Positions 20,011 through 27,882 of a stretch of DNA of 64,000 bases are shown here, piece by piece. Location of the stretch: positions 9,693 through 73,692 of IMG/VR virus record IMGVR_UViG_3300009873_000007; one strand, written 5' to 3'. Origin of the DNA: a virus. Taxonomy: Duplodnaviria > Caudoviricetes. Under the pieces are notes generated by a model, which was not told where the DNA came from, searched no databases, and worked only from the letters and a program-made list of their open reading frames with translations. Made by a program: the position numbers and the translations under genes. Position 1 is the first letter of the stretch, and each line of letters opens with the position of its first letter.

Positions 20011-20022
20011 GAATTTGACATA

Positions 20023-20232
20023 ATGACGCAACCGGTATTGACTAACGTAAAAAAATCTACTATACTTATTGTCAACGAAGCGGCTGAAACCGTAACGCTA
20101 TCGCTGGACTATATTAAGATGCGCCACGATCAAGCGGTGGCAGAGGCGCAATTCTGGCGTAAGCTGATGGGGTTGGAACCGTTGCCAACCGGAGCAATGC
20201 AGCGTAGGACAGCGAAGCAGGTGAATCGTTAA
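20023..20232 (+). CDS. Small protein with basic C-terminus
   Basis: 69 aa; immediately precedes tRNA-like RNA. Confidence 0.6.
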   Translation: MTQPVLTNVKKSTILIVNEAAETVTLSLDYIKMRHDQAVAEAQFWRKLMGLEPLPTGAMQRRTAKQVNR

Positions 20233-20237
20233 TTATG

Positions 20238-20368
20238 TTGTCTGTAGCTCAGAAGCAGAGCAGTCGCCTACCGGCGATGATACACGCAACGTCAGGTTGA
20301 CATCTGGCCGAGAAAACGTGTAACCGCAAGTCAAAGCGGTGGCGCTAGTGCAAATCTAGCTGGACAGC
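20238..20368 (+). ncRNA. tRNA-like RNA with about 60-nt two-hairpin insertion in the variable region
   Basis: Acceptor TTGTCTG/TGGACAG, T8A9, D-stem GCTC/GAGC, anticodon-like stem GTCGC/GCGAT with 6-nt loop, T-arm GCTAG-TGCAAAT-CTAGC; no encoded CCA. Confidence 0.75.
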
Positions 20369-20387
20369 CTCAAAAAATTAAATATTA

Positions 20388-20447
20388 CGCCTAGAGCGTT
20401 CCGTTGATAAGGCGAGCATCGATTTAGTTCGATGTCTCGCCTTTTTT
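20388..20447 (+). promoter_or_regulatory. Late antiterminator/terminator element, copy A
   Basis: CGCCT-AG-AGCG-TTC-CGTT-GATA-AGGCG hairpin overlapping the terminator stem AGGCGAG..CTCGCCT-TTTTT. Confidence 0.75.
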
Positions 20448-20460
20448 GTTACCCGAAATT

Positions 20461-21663
20461 ATGACCATGAACGACGTTTCAGAACTCACATTTCCCTATC
20501 CGGCTCGTGTGTTGCGTGTGGATGTAGCGACACGAGCAACCGATTTGCTATCACTGGCGAAATCGCAAAGCGCCTTTGATCCATCCATTTTCGATGAACG
20601 AGCGCCTTTTTTCTGGACTGCCGAGATCAGCAACGACCAGATCGACTACTATTTCACCCACATGCTCGATAGTACGTTGGAAAACTTCGCCGCCGATGCC
20701 CGTTCCGGTGTCGCCTTTCAAAATAGCCATAACGTGCGAGAGTTGCCGCTTGGCCGAAGCCTGGATAGCCGCATTGAGACTGAAACTAACCGCAAGCGGG
20801 TAATGGTGGATTTTTATACGCTTGCCGGTCTGCGATTGAACGATGTCAGCACCGATGATTTCATTGCTGGCGTGCGCAGTGGCATCGTATCGGATGTTTC
20901 TGTTGGGTTCGGCGGTGGGAAGCATTTCTGCGATATTTGTCGCTCCAACTATCTGAGTTGGGATTGCCCACACGTTGCCGGCATGACCTATGACGTGAAA
21001 GACGCTGGCAGTGTGGTTGCTACTGTGAGTATTGATGGCGCACGATTGCACGAGGTCAGCGCCGTCTATGAGGGTGCTACACCTGACGCAACGATTGTCA
21101 AGGCACAACGCATGGCAGAGGCGGGCGAACTCCGACCCGAAGCCGTGCAAGTGTTGGAAGCTAGATACCGAATGCGATTACCGGCTAAACGAACATTCGC
21201 CGGGGTTGATGTACCAAAAAAGGATGAACCAATGGACTTTGAAACAATTGTGAATCAAGTGCGTGAGGCGCTCAGTGTTCCCGCCGATGGCGATGTGGTT
21301 GCCACTGTCACCGGCATCACTGGCGAGTTGGCGCAGTTGCGCACGGCCAAAGAAGCCGCCGATCAACGAATTCGCACACTCGAAACTGAGGCCGCCGATG
21401 GCCGTCAGTATCGCACAGATTTGGTGGCTGAAACGCTGGCGGAGGGCGTGCGAGCCTACGGTGATAAGTTCGAGCGGGCGACGTATGAGGAGCTTTTGAA
21501 AACAGCCTCACTGACCGTCATCAAGCGGATGAAAGCCGACTGGCAGAGTGTGGGCGACGAACGGTTCAGCGGTGGCCGCAAGAGCAATGATAACGGCGAT
21601 GCGCCTGTCAAGTCGCAAAGCAAACAGGCCGCTCGTGTTCCGAATGCAGCGTACAAGGCGTGA
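20461..21663 (+). CDS. Prohead protease/scaffold protein
   Basis: NSH...LPLGRS, VSDVSVGF, EVSAVYEGA protease-like motifs plus coiled-coil C-terminus. Confidence 0.75.
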   Translation: MTMNDVSELTFPYPARVLRVDVATRATDLLSLAKSQSAFDPSIFDERAPFFWTAEISNDQIDYYFTHMLDSTLENFAADARSGVAFQNSHNVRELPLGRSLDSRIETETNRKRVMVDFYTLAGLRLNDVSTDDFIAGVRSGIVSDVSVGFGGGKHFCDICRSNYLSWDCPHVAGMTYDVKDAGSVVATVSIDGARLHEVSAVYEGATPDATIVKAQRMAEAGELRPEAVQVLEARYRMRLPAKRTFAGVDVPKKDEPMDFETIVNQVREALSVPADGDVVATVTGITGELAQLRTAKEAADQRIRTLETEAADGRQYRTDLVAETLAEGVRAYGDKFERATYEELLKTASLTVIKRMKADWQSVGDERFSGGRKSNDNGDAPVKSQSKQAARVPNAAYKA

Positions 21664-21672
21664 GGTGATGAG

Positions 21673-22176
21673 ATGAAACAAAAATTCTACGTTGCTGGAT
21701 TTGTGGCTTTTGCGCTGCTGAGTGCGTTGCTGCTGTCTGTGATGCTCACCGGCTCGACTGTAGCTCAGTCGGACGTGAGCAATTACGATAATGTGCGCAC
21801 GTCGGGCTATGTCATTGCCGGTACTACCGTCACTGCCGGTACGGATGTTATCGCCGGGGATGATGTGACGTTGGGCGGCCATCTAGGTATGACTCCGGCC
21901 ACGACTATCACCGTAGGCTATCAAGGCACGATTACACCCACCGGCGGACTGCAATATCTCACTAGCACTGCCAATCGTGGCACTCGCCTGGTGGTAACTA
22001 CGACGTTGACCGCCGGGACGATTCAGGCATTTTACAACAGTGGTTCCAACACAATCACACTGACTGACACAGCGCCGTTGGTGCTGGGCGGCAATGCTGC
22101 TCTTGGGCCTGGCGATACGTTAGTTCTGTTTCACAACGGTACGTCTTGGGTTCAGTTGAGCAAGACAGATAATTAG
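21673..22176 (+). CDS. Head-module fibre-like protein with signal peptide
   Basis: MKQK plus long hydrophobic stretch; Thr/Gly-rich beta C-terminus (GDTLVLFHNGTSWVQLS). Confidence 0.6.
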   Translation: MKQKFYVAGFVAFALLSALLLSVMLTGSTVAQSDVSNYDNVRTSGYVIAGTTVTAGTDVIAGDDVTLGGHLGMTPATTITVGYQGTITPTGGLQYLTSTANRGTRLVVTTTLTAGTIQAFYNSGSNTITLTDTAPLVLGGNAALGPGDTLVLFHNGTSWVQLSKTDN

Positions 22177-22192
22177 TTCAGGAGCAATCACA

Positions 22193-22618
22193 ATGGCAGA
22201 CCCTAGAGCGACTACGACGGTAGTCGGCATCGGCTACGAAGCCGAAACTTATCCGCACGATAATACCATCGTGTACAGTGCCACCACAGCCGGTGGATCA
22301 GCGCAGGTTGGCTTGGCTGTGACCATCGAAGCCAGCAATGCCGTATCGCTGGTTGGCGATGGCGAGAACGTGCTTGGCAAGTTGATCAAAGTCGAAAGCG
22401 ACGGTCTGTGCGTCGTGCAAACCGGCGGCCACATGACCCTGCCAGGTGGCGACGGCGCTACGTTGACCGCTGGCCTGAAGATCGTAGGCGATCTTGGTGC
22501 GGCAAACGCTGAAGGCTACATCCAAGCCGTTAGCACGCAGGACACGGTATCTCGTGGCATGATTATCGATTCCTCCACCTCAACCGCTGTGGTTGTGCGT
22601 ATGGAACGGGCAGCGTAA
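22193..22618 (+). CDS. Capsid decoration/cement protein
   Basis: VSLVGDGENVLGKLIKVESDG..VVQTGG pattern directly before capsid gene. Confidence 0.75.
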   Translation: MADPRATTTVVGIGYEAETYPHDNTIVYSATTAGGSAQVGLAVTIEASNAVSLVGDGENVLGKLIKVESDGLCVVQTGGHMTLPGGDGATLTAGLKIVGDLGAANAEGYIQAVSTQDTVSRGMIIDSSTSTAVVVRMERAA

Positions 22619-22633
22619 GAGGAGATTAGCAGA

Positions 22634-23878
22634 ATGGATACACAAGTTACCACGTTGGGTACTCGTGAACTGTGGGAACAGTTTGAGAAGAACCCGCTGA
22701 ATGTTTACACCGATGTCGCTGTGCGGATGAAAGATGCTGGCATTGAGGAAGCGCCTACGCTCAGCCGTGCGTTGGAAGAAGTTAGCCCGACCGAAAAAGG
22801 CGACAATCTGGATGCGTTCGAGCGTCTCTTGCAAGAGGCTGGTATTCGCACCCACAGCGACCCGACCGCCGGATACTGGGCCAGCAATGCCGGTGTGTTT
22901 GCCAAGTCGCCCGGTACTCGTGCGTTGCTGACTGAGTTCTACGCCCGCAACTGGCGCAAGGTTAGCTACGGCATCAGCAACCGCAACGAACGTGCGATTC
23001 TGCTGAGTAGCGATAGCGTGGTTGGTTCGTTTGACCGCCCATACGCTGACGCCATGACGCCTCGTGAAAGCCAAAAGGTTGAACCGGCGATCCCGCTAAG
23101 CGAGCTGGTTGCGATGACCACCGCCATCGATGGCGATGCGTTTCGCAGCTACTACCTGACCTATAGTGCCGCTAACCTGCGCCAAGTGCGTGTGGGTGAG
23201 AGCGCCGAAATTCCTATCGCCACAATCACAGGTAGCGAGCATACCATTCGCCTGAAGAAATACGGGCGTGGTCTGCGAGCGTCCTATGAGGATTTGCGTC
23301 GCCTGCGTGTGGATAAGCTCGCTCGTTTCATTCAGTGGCAAGCCGTGCAGAGCGAGATTGATAAAGTCGTGGCCGCTATGGATGTGATCATCAATGGCGA
23401 CGGCAATTCTAGCACCGCTGCGACTGAAACTGACATCACCACACTGGATAGCAGCGCCACGAACGATGTGCTGACGCTCAAAGGTTGGCTGGCATTTAAA
23501 ATGCTGTTTGCGCAGCCGTATGTGCTGACCACAGCCTTGATGCGGTCTGATGTGGCACTGCAACTGGCAATGCTCAACACTGGTTCGGCTAACGTACCGT
23601 TGGTGAGTGTCAATCTTGGCGGCTTGGGCGTTGGTGCTACGCCGATCAATCGCTTCGCTGATAACGTGCGCTATGGCTGGCTGAGTGATGCGCCGGCCAA
23701 CAAGATCGTGGCATTCGACAATCGCTTCGCCCTGGAACGTGTCACCGAGATCGGTTCAGAAATCACCGAAATGGAGCGGTACATCACCAACCAAACGCAG
23801 GTGATGGTTGTCTCCGAGGTGGAAGGGTACGGGGTAATGGATCCCAACGCTTCCCGAATCCTTGACGTTGCCAATTAG
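22634..23878 (+). CDS. Major capsid protein (HK97-like fold)
   Basis: 414 aa; VGESAEIP, LKKYGRGLRASYE motif; strong AGGAG RBS. Confidence 0.88.
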   Translation: MDTQVTTLGTRELWEQFEKNPLNVYTDVAVRMKDAGIEEAPTLSRALEEVSPTEKGDNLDAFERLLQEAGIRTHSDPTAGYWASNAGVFAKSPGTRALLTEFYARNWRKVSYGISNRNERAILLSSDSVVGSFDRPYADAMTPRESQKVEPAIPLSELVAMTTAIDGDAFRSYYLTYSAANLRQVRVGESAEIPIATITGSEHTIRLKKYGRGLRASYEDLRRLRVDKLARFIQWQAVQSEIDKVVAAMDVIINGDGNSSTAATETDITTLDSSATNDVLTLKGWLAFKMLFAQPYVLTTALMRSDVALQLAMLNTGSANVPLVSVNLGGLGVGATPINRFADNVRYGWLSDAPANKIVAFDNRFALERVTEIGSEITEMERYITNQTQVMVVSEVEGYGVMDPNASRILDVAN

Positions 23879-23880
23879 CC

Positions 23881-24540
23881 TTACGGTCTAGGGATATGAC
23901 ACCAAGATTTACCGGCGACGATACTATGAATGGTTCCAGGGTTTACACCAAATTCACGAGCGAGAGCGGATTGACGTTCGCCTTGTTTCAATCGCTGAAG
24001 AATTTCAGTAACCTTGCTATCGTTCAGTATGCGCACGGCATCGGTAAATGTTACGGCTGGGCGTGCGATGTGCGCCCATGTTTCACCTCGGCAAATTTCG
24101 CCAATGGATTGAGACAACAAGCCGTAATGATTAGCGATTTCTTGGTAAGAGTATCCACGGTTGCGCAAATCAAGGATTTCAAGCACCTGTGTTTCGGTCA
24201 GCCTAGAATTGCCATGCTTTTCACCACGGCAAGCAAGTTCAATGCCGCCATTGCGCATTCTGCCCTTTTTTGCTGCATCAGCTATGTTGTCAGCCGGTGT
24301 ACCAAGAAACAAATGATCGGGGCGAACACAAGCGGGGATGTCACAATGATGACAAACGCACAATCCGTCAGGGATAGTGCCAAAGTGCAATTTCCAACTG
24401 AAGCGGTGTACGAGTTGGGTACGTCCATTAACTCGCATTTGTCCGTGACCGAATGGCATAGTGCATCCAGTCCAGAGCCAACAAGTGTCGGTCTTGTTGA
24501 CCTTATTCCAGAATCTTACTTCGGGAGATGGGTGGGCCAT
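23881..24540 (-). CDS. HNH homing endonuclease with HTH repeats, antisense insertion
   Basis: RFWNKVNKTDTCWLWTG, VHRFSW, HHCDIPACVRPDHLFLGTPADN, GEKHGNSRLTE; GGAG RBS. Confidence 0.92.
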   Translation of the reverse strand: MAHPSPEVRFWNKVNKTDTCWLWTGCTMPFGHGQMRVNGRTQLVHRFSWKLHFGTIPDGLCVCHHCDIPACVRPDHLFLGTPADNIADAAKKGRMRNGGIELACRGEKHGNSRLTETQVLEILDLRNRGYSYQEIANHYGLLSQSIGEICRGETWAHIARPAVTFTDAVRILNDSKVTEILQRLKQGERQSALAREFGVNPGTIHSIVAGKSWCHIPRP

Positions 24541-24695
24541 ATTTGTTCTCCAATCAAAAAGTCCTTTGCCGGCATCCAAGCGTTTGTGTCGAGCAAGCGC
24601 ATAGATCAGCAAAGGACAATGAAAGCATATCCTAGATATGCTTGGATGACAAATACGCTTGCTCGACAGGTGTATTGTACCACAGAAGGGGGCGT

Positions 24696-24977
24696 ATGAG
24701 CGAATTTGTAACCGTGAAATCCGCTAGTCGAGATGATCGGGTAGCTCTGTGGGAGTCGAATACCGATCATCCTAATGGCGAGGCGTTTATTGTCGGCAAT
24801 GGCAAGACGCACAAGGTTGCGTTGACCGCCGCTGTACAGCAACGCCTCAACGCTGGCGTGCTTGTGGAAGTCAAGACGAAGATCGTTGAAGCCGTTGCCG
24901 AGACTGTCACTGAGGCTGTGGAAGCCGCTACCGATGCTGTGACTAAACCGACTAGCCGCAAGCGCAAGGCTGACTAA
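24696..24977 (+). CDS. Hypothetical head-tail region protein
   Basis: GAAGGGG RBS; basic C-terminal tail. Confidence 0.65.
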   Translation: MSEFVTVKSASRDDRVALWESNTDHPNGEAFIVGNGKTHKVALTAAVQQRLNAGVLVEVKTKIVEAVAETVTEAVEAATDAVTKPTSRKRKAD

Positions 24978-25387
24978 TGGCTGCTGTGACACTGACAGTA
25001 TCGGATTTTATCTATCCACAAGGCGAGCTACAGCCTGCGATGTTTCCGACCGCTGGCGAGTTGCAAGCCAATCTTGCACAGTGGCTAGATGAGGCTGCCG
25101 GTAAATCCGCCATTACGTCGCTATCCACTGCTGACGAAGCCAACACCGCTGCAACGCACTGGGTTCTCTACCGTGCCTATGCTGCGGTGGCGCAGCGTAT
25201 CGCTCTACAGCCGTCCAGCGAAAGCCGTGGGGATGTGGATCGTAGCTGGGGGCAGGGTCGCATCGATTATTTCAGCGGCCTATCGGCGGCACACAAAGCT
25301 AGTTTTGATGGTCTGGTAACGGTCACAGGAACGGCTACCGGCATGGCATTGTTCACAGTGGCAAAGGCAAACCGTCTCAATGGGTGA
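24977..25387 (+). CDS. Head-tail adaptor
   Basis: Position and size; SESRGDVDRSW motif. Confidence 0.6.
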   Translation: MAAVTLTVSDFIYPQGELQPAMFPTAGELQANLAQWLDEAAGKSAITSLSTADEANTAATHWVLYRAYAAVAQRIALQPSSESRGDVDRSWGQGRIDYFSGLSAAHKASFDGLVTVTGTATGMALFTVAKANRLNG

Positions 25388-25889
25388 ATCTGCCTGGGTT
25401 GATACCGATGCAGCGTTGGTCGCACTGTTTGACGAGCATATGGGCAATAGTAGCGATTACACAACACTACAGGTTCAATACGTCGCTTCCCTAATCGGCA
25501 TGGATGTGACCGACTGGGATACGTGGGCGACCGAAGGCAAGCTGCCTGCGATCATCGTGCAAGGTCGCTTCACACGTCCACAGCAGCGGGAACATGGCAC
25601 AATGTTTACATCACCGCTACATATCGCCAAAGAGTATCAGTATATCGTTGGTGCTGTGGTTGAGGGTGATAGGCAAACTGCTGAACAGTATGCCAAGATT
25701 CTCGTCAAGCGCATCGAAAAAGTTGTGTTGACAGAGAAGAAAGTTAATGTCACTGATAGCAACGGCGAGCAGGTGCAACGCATCCAGCTTGACGGGCCAA
25801 CCGGCATCCATCCATTTAGGAAAGCCGACAGCGATAACCGCTGGTATGCTGTGGGCGCTGTGGGTCTAGTAGCAAAGACAACGACTTAA
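25380..25889 (+). CDS. Tail completion/terminator protein
   Basis: Position before tail tube; LPAIIVQ motif. Confidence 0.55.
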   Translation: MGESAWVDTDAALVALFDEHMGNSSDYTTLQVQYVASLIGMDVTDWDTWATEGKLPAIIVQGRFTRPQQREHGTMFTSPLHIAKEYQYIVGAVVEGDRQTAEQYAKILVKRIEKVVLTEKKVNVTDSNGEQVQRIQLDGPTGIHPFRKADSDNRWYAVGAVGLVAKTTT

Positions 25890-25917
25890 CAATAAGTCGC
25901 TTAACAATAACAAATCA

Positions 25918-26027
25918 CGCCTAGAACGAACACGTTGACAAGGCGACATGGTAGCCTAAAGGCTGCTTTGTCTTCCTTTGATGCAGGCGACAGGTAGCAA
26001 ATCGCTACTATGTCGCCTGTTTCATTT
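25918..26027 (+). promoter_or_regulatory. Late antiterminator/terminator element, copy B (duplicated stem arm)
   Basis: CGCCT-AG-AACG-AACA-CGTT-GACA-AGGCG; 3' arm GCTACTATGTCGCCT at 26004-26018. Confidence 0.7.
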
Positions 26028-26038
26028 GGAGGACTCGC

Positions 26039-27055
26039 ATGTCCGTTAATTCACTAGATGCCAGTATTAGCGTTGGCGTGCAATCCGCCAAAGGAACTGC
26101 CGCCACTGCGTATAAAACCGCACTGGCAACCACGAGCGGTGTCAACGCACGATTTGATGAGCGTCCTACGTTGTTGGAGCATCCTGGGTCGGGTAGCTCT
26201 GTGCCGTGGGAACTCAAAGCGGTCGCTGAACGCACCGGTTATCTCGTGCCGGTAAATGCCACATTCCTATTGCGCCCTCGATTTATCGGGCCAGTGTTGC
26301 GGGGTGTTATGGGCGTGAGCAGCGTCAACAATACGACGCACTACACCCACACGTTTACTCCTGCGACCAACGCCAACCTTGCATGGTTGACCGTCCTGCA
26401 TAAATTCGTTGGTGACAGCGATTTCGAGCGGAAGATCACCGATGTTCGACTGACGCAACTCAACATCGATGCAACACTGGAACAAGTGCAATGCCAAATG
26501 CAGGGGATGGGGCTAACAGAAGGGATTGCTGCCGGTACAGAAACCAAAGTTGCGGAAATCGGTACGGAGATTTCGCCCTACAGCGGCTCTGTCACTTGGA
26601 CAATTGCCGGGGATGCGCCTACCTCCACAATCCGTGGTGCGCAGGTTCAGATCACCCAAACGCTTGACGAGAATGATCGTGTGCTGTTCTCGCAGACTCG
26701 TGCCAACCTGCCACGCCAGCGGATTGCCGTAACTGGCACGGTGCGAGGTGTGGATATTGACGCTGATACGTATGAAGCGTACAAACTGACCAAATACGGT
26801 TCTGCCGCTGGTACTGCTCCCACACTGACTGCTCCTACCGGCCCACTCACCCTCACTTTTCAATCGCTGTCTAACATTAGCGGCGCTGCGGTTCCGTTCC
26901 GGCTGACGATGGCTTTCGCCAAAGTGCAATGGGACTTAGAGTCACCCAACGCCAACAATGATGATACCGTGAGGGCTGATATTACCTGGCGGCTAGTCGG
27001 TGATTCGAGTCCTGCCATGACATTTACGGTTGTTTCCGATCAGGCGACACCATAG
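26039..27055 (+). CDS. Major tail tube protein
   Basis: SVGVQSAKGTAAT, THYTHTFTP motifs; GGAGG RBS; precedes chaperone. Confidence 0.85.
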   Translation: MSVNSLDASISVGVQSAKGTAATAYKTALATTSGVNARFDERPTLLEHPGSGSSVPWELKAVAERTGYLVPVNATFLLRPRFIGPVLRGVMGVSSVNNTTHYTHTFTPATNANLAWLTVLHKFVGDSDFERKITDVRLTQLNIDATLEQVQCQMQGMGLTEGIAAGTETKVAEIGTEISPYSGSVTWTIAGDAPTSTIRGAQVQITQTLDENDRVLFSQTRANLPRQRIAVTGTVRGVDIDADTYEAYKLTKYGSAAGTAPTLTAPTGPLTLTFQSLSNISGAAVPFRLTMAFAKVQWDLESPNANNDDTVRADITWRLVGDSSPAMTFTVVSDQATP

Positions 27056-27070
27056 GAATCTTAACAATCT

Positions 27071-27583
27071 ATGCCACGAGCTACTAAGGCGACTACGCCC
27101 AAAGCTAACATCGAATCCACTCCCTTGATGGACTGGGAGCAATTCGCACAGATTGATTGCCGCACGCCGGACGGCCAGCAGGCTCGCATCTATGCAGGCG
27201 AGTGCCAGGTGCTAGACCAGGGTCGCTACAACAAATATATCAACGAGGCTGCCGATTATCTACGTCAAAAGTACGGCGAATCGGTTGACGATATGGAGAT
27301 TTGGAGCGACCGATTTAACGAGAATGTGGCGCTGCGCAACCGGGCGGCGATGCTGGCGACGTTCCGCAAATTCGAGGTGATGAACGGCGACGGTGCATAC
27401 CACGAAGCGCCATTACCGAGGGAATGGGTAGAGATTGAATCCTTTTTCAAGATGAACGGCAAACTGTACCGGGAATGGTCGCAGAATGCCGTGATGCTCA
27501 ATCCCGATCTTTTTGGCGTCAATCTGGATGATGACCAAAAAAAAGGATTAAGCGTCTCAACGACTTGGTTAACTCGTATGTAG
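27071..27583 (+). CDS. Tail assembly chaperone (gpG-like)
   Basis: Follows tail tube; ends after DDDQKK slippery site. Confidence 0.8.
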   Translation: MPRATKATTPKANIESTPLMDWEQFAQIDCRTPDGQQARIYAGECQVLDQGRYNKYINEAADYLRQKYGESVDDMEIWSDRFNENVALRNRAAMLATFRKFEVMNGDGAYHEAPLPREWVEIESFFKMNGKLYREWSQNAVMLNPDLFGVNLDDDQKKGLSVSTTWLTRM

Positions 27584-27882
27584 TGCGGGTTGTGGACGCT
27601 GACGAGGAGCGGGAAAAGCGGCGCAAGGATGAGGCCGACAAAAAGTTACTTGCGCCAGAAGTGCGCCACAAACGCAATGAGGAACGCAAAAAGCGCCACG
27701 AGGCAGAATCATTGATAGACGAAGCAAACCTGAGAATCTATCAAATCTGGCGTTTTTTTGGTGGTCGTGAGCGGGGTATCAGTCCTGTAGAAGCTAGGGA
27801 TATGCCTGCAGACTTGTGCCATGATTTTATGTTGATTGAATCTCGATTGTTTGATGAAGAAGAAAGACGGAAGGGTAGATAG
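27071..27882 (+). CDS. Tail assembly chaperone long form via -1 frameshift (gpGT-like)
   Basis: A_AAA_AAA at 27538-27544; -1 frame continues KRIKRLNDLVNSY... to 27882. Confidence 0.75.

Noticed and set aside
20238-20368. Standard tRNA or tmRNA call
   Set aside because: 6-nt anticodon loop, 60-nt insertion, no CCA; no G3-U70 pair or tag ORF for tmRNA
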